A DNA stretch of 64,000 nucleotides from Eledone cirrhosa (GCA_964016885.1 OZ024740.1:228284001-228348000), one strand, 5' to 3'. Positions 1 through 14,600 are shown, numbered from the stretch's first letter. The notes: generated from the letters alone by a model not told the origin. Translations and numbers: made by a program.

Positions 1-1200
1 CCCTCTCTCTCTTACACAGACACATACACACTGTCACACATACACACTCTCTCACCCTCTCTCTCTTACACAGATACATACACACTCTCTCACCCTCTCT
101 CTCTTACACACACACATACACACTGTCACACATACACACTCTCTCACCCTCTCTCTCTTACACAGACACATACACACTCTCTCACCCTCTCTCTCTTACA
201 CAGACACATACACACTCTCTCACCCTCTCTCTCTTACACACACACATACACACTGTCACACATACACACTCTCTCACCCTCTCTCTCTTACACAGACACA
301 TACACACTGTCACACATACACACTCTCTCACCCTCTCTCTCTTACACACACACATACACACTGTCACACATACACACTCTCTCACCCTCTCTTACACACA
401 CACATACACACTGTCACACATACACACTCTCTCACCCTCTCTCTCTTACACATACACATACACACTGTCACACATACACACTCTCTCACCCTCTCTTACA
501 CACACACATACTCACTGTCACACATACACACTCTGTCACCCTCTCTCTCTTACACACACACATACACACTGTCACACATACACACTCTCTCACCCTCTCT
601 CTCTAACACAGATACATACACACTGTCACACATACACACTCTCTCGCCCCCTCTCTCTTACACATACACATACACACTGTCACACATACACACTCTCTCA
701 CCCTCTCTTACACAGACACATACACACTGTCACACATACACATACACACTCTCTCACATACACACTCTCTCACCCTCTCTCTCTTACACACACACATACA
801 CACTGTCACACATACACACTCTCTCACCCTCTCTCTCTTACACAGACACATACACACTGTCACACATACACACTCTCTCACCCTCTCTCTCTTACACAGA
901 TACATACACACTGTCACACATACACACTTTCTCACCCTCTCTCTCTTACACAGACACATACACACTGTCACACATACACACTCTCTCACCCTCTCTCTCT
1001 TACACAGATACATACACACTGTCACACATACACACTTTCTCACCCTCTCTCTCTTACACAGACACATACACACTGTCACACATACACACTCTCTCACCCT
1101 CTCTCTCTTACACACACACATACACACTGTCACACATACACACTCTCTCACCCTCTCTCTCTTACACACACACATACACACTCTCTCTCTTACACACACA
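1..1200. repeat. CT/CA compound minisatellite, ~54-bp unit with shorter variants
   Basis: Unit ccctctctctcttacacagacacatacacactgtcacacatacacactctctca recurs throughout; 18-aa periodicity in the spurious ORFs. Confidence 0.95.
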
Positions 1201-1263
1201 TTATCCAATGTATCCTGTCACAATAGAAGTTGTTATATAAGGGTACGTATGTAATTTGAGGGA

Positions 1264-2787
1264 AACTTGCCTCTTATTTCTAGTAGTTGATGGACCACGT
1301 AGTCTCCTATTTGACTCGTGTAATGAAAGTAATAGTGAGTGATACAAACAGCAGCAGCAGTTGCAGCAGCATTAGCAGTAACAACAACAACACCTCCAGT
1401 AGCACCATGGCACCACCACCACCACCACCACCACCACCACCGATACCCACAGCAGCAGCAACAGCGCCACCACCACTACTGACACCCACAGCAGCAGCAG
1501 CAGCAGCACCACTACTGACACCCACAGCAGCAGCAGCAGCAGCACCACTACTGACACCCACAGCAGCAGCAGCAGCAGCAGCACTACTAACACCCACAGC
1601 AGCACCACCACCACCACTGACACCCACAGCAGCTGCAGCAGCACCACTACTGACACCCGCAGCAGCAGCAGCACCACTACTGACACCCACAGCAGCAGCA
1701 GCAGCACCAGTACTGACACCCTCAGCAGCAGCAGCAGCAGCACCACTACTGACACCCTCAGCAGCAGCAGCAGCAGCACCACTACTGACACCCTCAGCAG
1801 CAGCAGCAGCAGCACCACTACTGACACCCACAGCAGCACCACCACCACCACCACCACCGACACCCACAGCAGCAGCAGCACCACCACCACCACCGACACC
1901 CACAGCAGCAGCAGCACCACCACCACCACCGACACCCACAGCAGCAGTAGCACCACCACCACCACCGACACCCACAGCAGCAGCACCACCACCACCACCA
2001 CCGACACCCACAGCAGCAGCAGCACCACCACCACCACCGACACCCACAGCAGCAGCGCCACCACCACCACCGATACCCACAGCAGCAGCAGTAGCAGCAG
2101 CACTACTGACACCCTCAGCAGCAGCACCACCACCACCACCACCACCACCACCACCGACACCCACAGCAGCACAGCAGCACCACCACTGACACCCACAGCA
2201 GCAGCGCCACCACCACCACCACTGACAACCACAGCAGCAGCGCCACCACTACTGACACCCACAGCAGCAGCACCACCACCGACACCCACAGCAGCAGCAG
2301 CGCCACCACCACCACCGACACCCTCAGCAGCAGCAGCGCCACCATCACCACCACCTCTAGTAACTTGCCTCTTATTTCTAGTAGTTGCCTCTTATTTCTA
2401 GTAGTTGATGGACCACGTAGTCTCCTATTTGACTCGTGTAATGAAAGTAATAGTGAGTGATACAAACAGCAGCAGCAGTTGCAGCAGCATTAGCAGTAAC
2501 AACAACAACACCTCCAGTAGCACCATGGCACCACCACCACCACCACCACCACCACCACCACCGATACCCACAGCAGCAGCAACAGCGCCACCACCACTAC
2601 TGACACCCACAGCAGCAGCAGCAGCAGCACCACTACTGACACCCACAGCAGCAGCAGCAGCAGCACCACTACTGACACCCACAGCAGCAGCAGCAGCAGC
2701 AGCACTACTAACACCCACAGCAGCACCACCACCACCACCGACACCCTCAGCAGCAGCAGCGCCACCATCACCACCACCTCTAGTAAC
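1264..2787. repeat. Tandem segmental duplication containing a CAG/CAC-derived minisatellite
   Basis: Unique leader aacttgcctcttatttctagtag...gatggaccacgtag at 1264 and 2363; both copies end in ccatcaccaccacctctagtaac. Confidence 0.92.
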
Positions 2788-2899
2788 ACCACGACACCAT
2801 CGACATCAACACCCGTACCACCAACAGCATCACCACTACATCCACCATCACCATGACCTTTACAATCACCATCACCGGCAACACCAATAACATCATCAT

Positions 2900-4152
2900 C
2901 ACTCTAGCACGATCACCACCACCACCACCACCACGGTCACAACCATCACCACCACCACTACCACCACTACCAACACTACCAACACCACCACCACCACCAC
3001 GGTCACAACCATCACCAACACCACTACCAACACCACCACTACCAATACCACCACCACCATCATGGTCACAACCACCACTACCACCACTACCAACACCACC
3101 ACTACCACCACTACCAACACCACCACCACCATGGTCACAACCATCACCACCACCACTACCAACACCACCACTACCACCATGGTCACAACCATCACCACCA
3201 CCACTACTAACACCACCACTACCAACACCACCACCACCACCATGGTCACAACCATCACCCCCACCTTACCAACACCACCACTACCAACACCACCACCACC
3301 ACCATGGTCACAACCATCACCACCAGCACTACCAACACCACCACTATCACCACTACCAACACCACCACCACCACCATGGTCACAACCACCACCACTACCA
3401 ACACCACCACTACCACCACTACCACCACTACCAACACCACCACCACCACCATGGTCACAACCATCACCACCACCACTACCAACACCACCACTACCACCAC
3501 CATCACCACTACCAACACCACCACCACCACCATGGTCACAACCATCACCACCACCACTACCAACACCACCACCACCACCATGGTCACAACCATCACCCCC
3601 ACCTTACCAACACCACCACTACCAACACCACCACCACCACCATGGTCACAACCATCACCACCAGCACTACCAACACCACCACTATCACCACTACCAACAC
3701 CACCACCACCACCATGGTCACAACCACCACCACTACCAACACCACCACTACCACCACTACCACCACTACCAACACCACCACTACCAACACCACCACCACC
3801 ACCATGGTCACAACCATCACCACCACCACTACCAACACCACCACTACCACCACCATCACCACTACCAACACCACCACCACCACCATGGTCACAACCATCA
3901 CCACTACCAACACCACCACTACCACCACTACCACCACTACCAACACCACCACTACCAACACCACCACCACCACCATGGTCACAACCATCACCACCACCAC
4001 TACCAACACCACCACTACCACCACCATCACCACTACCAACACCACCACCACCACCATGGTCACAACCATCACCACCACCACCAACACCACCACTACCAAC
4101 ACCACCACCACTACCACCACTACCAACACCACCACCACCACCACCACCACCA
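2900..4152. repeat. CAC/CAA-derived minisatellite (ccatggtcacaaccatcacc motif)
   Basis: Recurring catggtcacaacc marker among CCA/CTA triplets; several frames are open and swap peptide register. Confidence 0.92.
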
Positions 4153-4216
4153 TTTATATCACTTCCACGTGCATTACCACTACTTTATATCACTAAAGAA
4201 CGTGATAGTGATATAA

Positions 4217-4450
4217 TGTAGTAATGGTGGTTGTGGTGGTGGTAATGCTGGTGGTGGTGGTGGTAGTGGTGGTGGTGGTAGTGGTAGTGGTGGTGGTGGT
4301 AGTGTTTGTAGTGGTGGTGATGGTGGTGTTGTGGTGGTTGTAGTAGTGGTGGTAGTGGTGGTGATGGTGGCGATGGTGGTAATGGTGGTGGTGGTGGTGG
4401 TGGTAGTGGTGGCAGTGGTGGTGGTGGTGGTGGTCGTGGTGATGGTGGTG
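4217..4450. repeat. Degenerate (GGT)n block in opposite orientation to the preceding array
   Basis: GTG/GTA triplets directly after a short inverted repeat at 4185-4216. Confidence 0.88.
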
Positions 4451-4989
4451 CAAAACCTCCATCAGCCAGCCAGGGTTTGCATCGCACCCATCCCCAACCC
4501 CACCACCACTGCCACTGCCACTACCACAACCACAACAACAACAACAGCCACCTTCACCACCACCATCAACAACACCATCCATAGATCAGAGTGTAACACT
4601 AAAGCAACCAATGACGTAGATTGAAAATAGTGTGGGGGAAGACAACAATGAATCCTCCCTGTCCCCTCCGCCACCCTCATCCAATTTACCCCGCCACCAT
4701 CATCACCCTGGCCTCAATCTCTCTATCTCTCTATCTCATACTCTGTCTCTTTCTTTCACTCTCTGTCTTCCGCTCGCTCACCTGATTTCCCTACCTACCT
4801 AGTTCCCTCCCTTTTCTCCCCTTCTCTTCGTCTCTCTCTCTCTCACCCTCACTCTCTATCTCTATCTCTTTCACTCACTCTCTCTCTTTCTCATAGGCTG
4901 TGTATGTATATGTCTCCTTCCATCTTTCCCTGTCTCTCCTACTTGTCTCTTGACGTCATCAATGTTTAGAAACACACTCGCATACGTGT

Positions 4990-6920
<1,931 letters not shown>

Positions 6921-6925
6921 GAATA

Positions 6926-6974
6926 GCTTCTACAGGACTAGAACTGTTTCATTCGTGAGAAATCATCAGGAAGC
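6926..6974 (-). ncRNA. Type I hammerhead ribozyme (mirror copy)
   Basis: Exact reverse complement of 6975-7023. Confidence 0.78.
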
Positions 6975-7023
6975 GCTTCCTGATGATTTCTCACGAATGA
7001 AACAGTTCTAGTCCTGTAGAAGC
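6975..7023 (+). ncRNA. Type I hammerhead ribozyme
   Basis: Stem I GCTTC/GAAGC; core CTGATGA at 6980-6986; stem II TTC-TCAC-GAA closed by a T.T mismatch; GAA; stem III ACAG-TTCTAGTC-CTGT; GUA cleavage triplet ending at 7018. Confidence 0.8.
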
Positions 7024-7244
7024 TATTCTATATTAAAACATTTATACTCTGCTATCTATTGAGTACCTTACTTACTGTGGTTACCCACGATTGAACTCGG
7101 AATAACTTATATATATATATATATATATATAGTAATAATAATAAAATTGAAGACTAAAATCCAAAGAGGGCTCGATAAGGAAAATATATATCAAATATAT
7201 AAGAACCGTAGAGCAAATATTTATTAAAATAACAGATTAAAGTT

Positions 7245-7302
<58 letters not shown>

Positions 7303-7330
7303 AAATATATAGAAAGATAGATATACATAT

Positions 7331-7620
7331 ATAATTGTTTCTACTTTTGGCACAAAGCCAGAAATTATTCAGTGCATTACTGGTACTTTATTTTATCGAC
7401 TCCGGAAGGAAGAAAAGCAAAGTTAACCTCGGCGGGATTTGAACTCAGACCGTAAAGGGACGTAACTACGCTGGAAAGCATGTCTGATCCTCTACCAATA
7501 CTGCCAATTCACCATATATAATTGTTTCTACTTTAGGCACAAGGCCAGCAAATACCCAGTGCATTACTGGTACTTTATTTTATCGACCCCATAAGGATGA
7601 AAGGCAAAGTCAACCTCGGC
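7331..7620 (-). mobile_element. Two tandem copies (one truncated) of SINE family A
   Basis: ataattgtttctact...tggtactttattttatcgac...gttaacctcggcgggatttgaactcag; B-box-like GAGTTCAAATCC on the minus strand; about ten related copies in the window. Confidence 0.88.
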
Positions 7621-8024
7621 TATATAGTATATAGGTATATATGGTGTGCATATATACCTATATACTTATGTATATGTATGTGTGTGTACTTTATAGTATG
7701 TGGACGTTTATTTCATCTATCTATGTGGGTACCATGTGGGTACTATCTGATAATGACAATTATATTCCTAGCTCACTGTACGTAGTTCCCTATAATCCTA
7801 TTTTATTAGGGGTTTTCAATAATAAAGTCCTGGGTTCAAATCCTACTTAGGGGCATCCCGAGGAAATGTCTGTTAACGTCGATTCATGTTGACCCACATC
7901 TTGTGATTGAAACTCAAAATCTATGTGGGGTTATGTATGGAATTCAAAAGGCTAGTCTTGTTCTACGTGAGAATTACAATAAAGGTCACAACCCGCGTGA
8001 CACACTGTATAGCCAAGTTGGCGC

Positions 8025-8141
<117 letters not shown>

Positions 8142-8188
8142 GAGGGCAACAGACTGTGGCAGAGGTCAACTTTTGGTATTCATCTCTG

Positions 8189-8305
8189 AAGGCACGTGGC
8201 TTTGTGGTTACAGAATTGAATTCGCAATCATGAGGTTGCAAGTTCGATACCCTGACCGGGCAATGTGTTATGTACTCTCTCAAGACACTTTATTTCACGT
8301 TGCAC
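8189..8305 (+). mobile_element. tRNA-derived SINE family B, 5' part
   Basis: A-box-like tggctttgtgg, B-box-like agttcgatacc, then caagacactttatttcacgttgc, which matches the reverse complement of 11447-11470. Confidence 0.75.
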
Positions 8306-8482
8306 TTTCTCTCAGGAGCTGCGACCGGTAGATAGTATCAGCAATGGAAAGATCAATGGAAGCTTCCAATTAGACGAGTAACCTCATTCACTTACTCATT
8401 CGGTAAGTGTGTATTATCGTTAGTATTATCCTTTCCTCATCCCTTGTTGTTTTCTGTAACTGCATCTGCAGAGTTCTCAGGT

Positions 8483-9037
8483 GAAGAAGAAGAAGAAGAA
8501 GAAGAAGAAGAAGAAGAAGAAGAAGAAGAAGAAGAAGAAGAAGAAGGAAAAGGAGAAGAAGAAGAAGAAGAAGAAGAAGAAGAAGAAGAAGAAGAAGAAG
8601 AAGAAGAAGAAGAAGAAGAAGAATGAGAAGAAGAAGAAGAAGAAGAAGGAGAAGGAGAAGAAGAAGAAGAAGAAGAAGGAGAAGGAGAAGAAGAAGAAGG
8701 AGAAGGAGAAGAAGAAGAAGAAGAAGAAGAAGAAGAAGAAGAAGAAGAAGAAGAAGAAGAAGAAGAAGAAGAAGAAGAAGGAAAAGGAGAAGAAGAAGAA
8801 GAAGAAGAAGAAGAAGAAGAAGAAGAAGAAGAAGAAGAAGAAGGAGAAGAAGAAGAAGGAGAAGGAGAAGAAGAAGAAGAAGGAGAAGGAGAAGAAGAAG
8901 AAGAAGGAGAAGGAGAAGAAGAAGAAGAAGAAGAAGAAGAAGAAGAAGAAGAAGAAGAAGGAGGAGAAGAAGAAGAAGCAGAAGAAGAAGAAGAAGAAGA
9001 AGAAGAAGAAGAAGAAGAAGAAGAAGAAGAAGAAGAA
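8483..9037. repeat. (GAA)n/(GGA) polypurine tract, ~555 bp
   Basis: Direct inspection; source of the poly-E/K/R ORFs. Confidence 0.98.
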
Positions 9038-9150
9038 TGGCAGGGTTATTAGAGTGTAGGAGAAAATGCTAAACGGTATTTGCTCTGAATTTAAATCCTG
9101 CTGAGTTTAACCTATCTTCACACTTTCGGGCTTGTTAAAATAAGGAATAA
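9036..9150 (+). mobile_element. Degenerate SINE family A copy
   Basis: tctgaatttaaatcctgctgagtttaacctatcttcacactttcggg...aaaataag resembles the family A core. Confidence 0.55.
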
Positions 9151-10710
9151 TTACATCTTAAAGAAAATGCTTCATATTCATTCACCAAGAAGTGTTGATG
9201 TCATCACACGGTGTCCAATGGTGTCTTTTTTTTTCTCTCTCTCTCAGCTAGTTTCTGACACAGTTGACAGCTCATTTCCAGATGAACCAGTCGTTTATCC
9301 TTAAGGCACTGCTGCAGGCCGACTAGAGTCTCTGGTCAGTACATCTTCCGTGCTCAATGTAATATCTTATCTCAGCCAACATCTCCGTATTCACACATTT
9401 ACTCACAATATTCTAACATATTCCAACAAAACACTTTGATCTATAAACATTACACCTAGCAACCTGTTAACGAGAAACTCTTAGTTATATCAAACCTCTT
9501 ACGTATCCTGGTTGTGTAATATTTTGTTACGTGGTGTTGTCGTATACCATGACAAATAAAAATATTAAAGTGACAACATGTAAATAAACACTGTTGCGTC
9601 GAGTGAGTTTAAATGTTTGGAAATTCCAACTGAGTTGTTGAGAAGTACAGAGTTCGATTCTCAGTAACAGCTGCTGGTCATATTTTCCGTTTATAGGGAT
9701 ATATTACCCAATATTTTAAAACTGTGTTCACGGCTATTTTTCTGCTTTCGGGATTTTCTACAATCCTAAAAGCATCAAAATTAACAGTTTGGTTTTCTTT
9801 ATTGGTTTGTCTCAATCTATTATTGACCCTGATCGTTTTTTTAACAACATACGACAAAACATCCAACAATATTTCCCTAACACTTCAACCACATAAACAC
9901 TAGAATGGCAACCAACATACCAACAAAGCTTCCTGCTAAAGGAACGTTTACAGGAGAACTTGTTCTTCAAGTATTTGTTTTTGGTATTGTTGTGGTTGAT
10001 TTTACTGTTTGGTGGCGTCTTTCCTATGTTTTTTTTTTCTAGGTAATTTTTCAACTGTTTTTTTTTTTACGTAATCTGTTTAAAATATTTTTGGCTGAAT
10101 CTGGCGGAAAGAAGTTTCTTTCTGCTTTTTATTTTCTGAGAGTGAAATCGACCTTCTTATAATCAAGAACAAATTTATTGTTGATGTAACTATAAACTGG
10201 TCAAACATACAGAAAAAGAAAGCAGTATTAGAAAGGATTATAAATGCCATAAATGAGAGGAAAGGGGCGGGAAAGAGCAAAGACTATTAGGCAAAGGAAT
10301 TTAGAAAGGGGGAAGGGGAGAGGGTGACAGACTCTACACCTAGGTTAGAACGGTGTTTCGGTTGCACCCCACGGACAAAATGGCATTTTGTAGACAGGAG
10401 AGGATTTGTGAGCAGTTTTTAATGGAGTTTTATGTAAGTTAAGATATGCACAAAGTTATTGTAGTGTTATTGTAGTACTGTGGGAGTGTTATGAGAATGT
10501 TAGTATTATGGGAGTGTTGAGAACGTATGCTGTATATGTGGAGTGTTGTGCTGATAAGAGATGATTCGTGTAGAGTGTTAATCATGCAGGATAGAGAGAG
10601 ATAAAGAGAGCCTATTATATTGAATGTTATGAACAGCGTTATGCTGCGTATTATGTAAACTGTTATGTAAAGTGTTATGTGGACTGTTACGTAGAGTGTT
10701 ATATAGAGTA

Positions 10711-11188
10711 CTAGCAGTGGTACCTGGCGCTGCACGGGATAAGGTATTTTGGAACGTGGGCCGCCAACAGACCTAATCGTGGAAAAACTGCATGCCTGGA
10801 CAATATGTAAAGAAAATAAACCGAATACTTTGATGGCTGGATAATCTTTAAGATTTTCCTCGATGAAGCAGGAATAATGCAGGTTTTCACCTAGGGGATA
10901 AAAAAAATGAATTTTTTTATGTGCATAATATGCCTTGAAATTTCGGGAAAAATCGGCTAGATGTAACGCCTCAAAAAAGCCCTAAAAAGATGAAAAAATG
11001 AAGTTTTTCACCTAATGCGGGCCCTAGGGGATAAAAAAATTGAATTTTATGTGTATAACACTCCCTGAAACATAAGTAATACACATGTAAAGTTTGAAAA
11101 AAATCGGTTGGGTACTTCTCGAGTTTTAGGGATTCGAACTCACAGGCACACATACACAGACAGACATCGTCTGTTTTATATATAGAGA
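10711..11188 (-). mobile_element. Non-autonomous Helitron (478 bp)
   Basis: Minus strand starts A|TCTCTATATATAAAA and ends with a GC-rich imperfect hairpin (cccgtgcagcgccagg) then CTAG|T. Inserted between A and T with no TSD; removing it restores the flanking minisatellite. Confidence 0.88.
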
Positions 11189-11275
11189 TTATGTAGAGAG
11201 GTATGTAGAGTGGTATGCTAAGTGTTATTTGGAGTGGTATATAGTGTTATTTAGAATGGTATGTACAGTGGTAGC

Positions 11276-11554
11276 TAAAGTCTGTTTTGAGCCCGAAGGT
11301 TGATCAGGCTGGGGCTTATTCCAGTTTCCATGGCGTTAAGCAACCGAGAGTTCAAGATTCCCCCTGGACAGGACGCCAGTCCTTTGCAGGGTAAAAACTC
11401 TCAGCTACTGCTGGTACTCATTTTCAGCTGAGTAGACAGGAGCAGCGTGAAATGAAGTGTTTTGCTCAAGAACACCACACACAACTTAGTCCAGGACTCG
11501 AACTCATGACATTATAATCGCAAGTCCAGCACACCGCCAGGCCACGAGCCTCCA
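11276..11554 (-). mobile_element. tRNA-derived SINE family B, near full length
   Basis: Minus-strand head tggaggctcgtggcc...gagttcgagtcc (A/B boxes), CORE-like gttcttgagcaaaacacttcatttc, and tail segment gactggcgtcctgtccaggg. Confidence 0.85.
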
Positions 11555-11884
11555 TATATGTGGAGTGTTATGCCGAGTGTTGAATGATAGGTGATGTAGA
11601 ATTATAGAAAGTGTTGGGAAGAACGGTATATGAATGGCAGGACTCGATGAAATATATAATCGTTAAGTGGTATGTTGGACTGAAAATCACCCGCTGGTAC
11701 ACTGATAGTAAGTTTCCTTCCTACCAATGAAAACATATAAAAGCAGAAGAAATCAATCAGTTAACTGATCGATATCTATTTATTCTCCGTAAGTGTGATA
11801 AATAGAGCCAATTGCTTTGACTATCCCTAATCAGCGGCATCCATCAGCAATGATTAGGACTATCAACTTGATGTGATAGTGAAT

Positions 11885-12520
<636 letters not shown>

Positions 12521-12714
12521 AGTTGTATGTTAGTATGTGTTATATACCGTGACAATAGCTAATCTATTTGATGACATACACACTTAGTCTGTTATAGATA
12601 CACACCATTGACTTCTTGCTCGAGGACAGCGACAAGTGTCATTCAACGCAGTGGTCTATCTACCGATCTATGACAATTTTATTATTATAGTAATTGCTCT
12701 GCAGCCGCAATTAG

Positions 12715-12830
12715 GGAAGGTGTATGGCTTGGTGGCTAGGGTGCTGGTCTCACAATCGTGAGTTTCACTCCCGTCCATTGTGCTCTTGAGCAACATACTA
12801 TATTCCACATTATTCCAGATAGTTCAGCTG

Positions 12831-12867
<37 letters not shown>

Positions 12868-12948
12868 TATATATATATATATGAAAAATGAGTTGCAAGG
12901 ACAGGACACAGGTGTCAAACTGTATAAGCCTTTACCTTCTCCTTGGAA
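12715..12948 (+). mobile_element. Degenerate SINE family B-like copy with internal poly(A)/(TA) expansion
   Basis: tggcttggtggctagggtgctggtctcacaatcgtgag head, ttgtgctcttgagcaa, cagctggc followed by poly(A). Confidence 0.65.
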
Positions 12949-13257
12949 TTTCGAATGATTCATTCGATATGCCAATGGGTAGACTGGAGATGTCTCCTAT
13001 CCTGTGAAAGGATTGAATTTCGGATATATTCTGCTGCAATCTAATACATTTTAATACTCCGAAGACGGAGAAGTCCGAATATATACCTATATATCATTTT
13101 GTATGTACAGATCTTGATTATACGAATTTTACATAACATTCTACCATTAATTCGATGTATTAATCTCTTGAAACATGTGTAAGGAAATAAAAATGATTTA
13201 AAGCTAATTTTTCCATCTATATATTTGATCTATATATATATATATATATATCAAATA

Positions 13258-14025
13258 CATATAAAAATGAGAAACCGCATCGCTGCAACAGCCGTTAAAA
13301 CATCTAAATGCTGTCAAAGACAGCGATGGGCAAAGAGGCCCCAGAAGACAGAGACCAGTGGCCAGTGGTCAACAGAGAGACAATCCACAAGGTGAGTGAT
13401 AGGCAGACGAAATATAGAAAAGATTGAAAGAGAAAGAGGCGGAGGATAAGAAGTGCACTGGTACACAGAAGTGACTGAAAAAAGGAAATCAGAGACAATG
13501 ATTAGCCATGATTAGCTTTCTATTTAAGAGAGATACCACAGCTTGCGGTCCACTATCCCATTCTTTTCTTTTCTGGGGTTTTTTTCGACCTTCTATTTGT
13601 GCTGTTTGTTTTATTACACACACACCATACCAGCAGAAAGATTTATTTTTCTGTTGCACGATCTAACATTTTAATATGGTACTGTCAATGAAATCGTGTG
13701 AAACCATTTTGTTGGTTTGAGAGCTGATGAGGGTGAAGATATGTGTAACTATAAACTTGTCTTTTACATCGTCTTTCTTTATTTCCTCTTCCAGTCACTT
13801 CTGAGTGCCAGTGTACTTCTGTGCATCAGCACACTTCTCCTTGTCCTCCTCTTTCAATCTTTTCTATATTTCGTCTGCCTGTCACTCACCTTGTGGAATG
13901 TCTCTCTGTTGGCCACTGGTTGCTAGTCTCTGTCCTCTGGGGCCTCTTTGCACATCGCTGTCTTTGACAGCATTTAGATGTTTTAACGGCTGTTCTAGCG
14001 ATGAGTTTTCTCAATTTTATATGTC
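13258..14025. repeat. Diverged ~230-bp inverted repeat (13258-13489 versus 13781-14025), probable PLE pseudo-LTR pair
   Basis: cagccgttaaaacatctaaatgctgtcaaagacagcgatg is the reverse complement of catcgctgtctttgacagcatttagatgttttaacggctg; the ORFs at 13304(-) and 13717(+) give similar peptides. Confidence 0.9.
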
Positions 14026-14044
14026 TGTCAACTAAAAGAAGAGA

Positions 14045-14233
14045 AACCCCTGTGACATAACATGGAAAGCGCTTGAAAACCCAACGCCATATAAAAATGG
14101 AAGCAAAAAATGCTTGCTCTGCCTAAGTGAGAAATTCAGGATCTTATAGGGTCTATACTCACCGGATGTGTACTTAGACTTCAAAACAGAAATCTTCAGG
14201 GAATGCTTGCAAAGGACCCAATTTTTATCCAAT
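14045..14233 (+). pseudogene. C-terminal GIY-YIG endonuclease/zinc-finger fragment of a Penelope-like (Naiad-type) retroelement
   Basis: Manual translation NPCDITWKALENPTPYKNGSKKCLLCLSEKFRIL*GLYSPDVYLDFKTEIFRECLQRTQFLSN fits the recalled pattern IxW...PY...KxCxLCLxEK..I...LNxxxE...CxH; one in-frame stop. Confidence 0.78.
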
Positions 14234-14595
14234 CAGCGTCAACGGATCCAATTTTTATCTAATTGGAAGCTCGCGCCCATCGGACCTCCGAAACCTCCAT
14301 GACATCCCTCCCACCAACGAGCGCACGATGAACATACACACATTTGAAAATTGATGAACGAGACTCCGAGATCACAACATCACACTGTATCCTACATCTC
14401 AGATCCTCAAAATAGTTGACGCCACAATAAGGGCACAAATGAGGAGTGAACAAGCTTGTCCATGAACATGCATATATGCATATATATGTAGATCTAGGAA
14501 CGTCTATGTACATGTATGTATATGATTCTGTGCATGATTTGTGCATACATATATATATATATATATTATTACACAAATATGACCCTCCCCAAGTA

Positions 14596-14600
<5 letters not shown>

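Larger units (their letters stand above)
6921..7107 (+). mobile_element. Penelope-like element pseudo-LTR remnant with inverted 5' duplication, inserted in (TA)n
   Basis: Perfect palindrome 6916-7033 carrying hammerhead folds, followed by an AT-rich tail; (TA)n on both sides. Hammerheads and inverted ends are known PLE traits. Confidence 0.65.
10430..11610. repeat. Degenerate ~12-bp minisatellite (gtagagtgttat), interrupted by a Helitron and a SINE
   Basis: Unit visible at about 10430-10710, 11189-11272 and 11556-11610. Confidence 0.7.

Noticed and set aside
1287-4221. Pro/Ala-, His- and Thr-rich ORFs resembling extensin or antifreeze glycoprotein
   Set aside because: Both strands and several frames are open, the start lies in a dispersed repeat fragment, and the peptide register swaps within the ORFs.
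8316-8402. Apparent exon bounded by CAG and GTAAGT
   Set aside because: Stops in all three frames and the acceptor overlaps a SINE fragment; not a coding internal exon.
8444-9072. Poly-E, poly-K and poly-R ORFs
   Set aside because: Three frames of one GAA tract.
11490-11554. tRNA-like A and B boxes here and in other SINE heads
   Set aside because: No complete cloverleaf; they continue into SINE bodies, so they are not tRNA genes.
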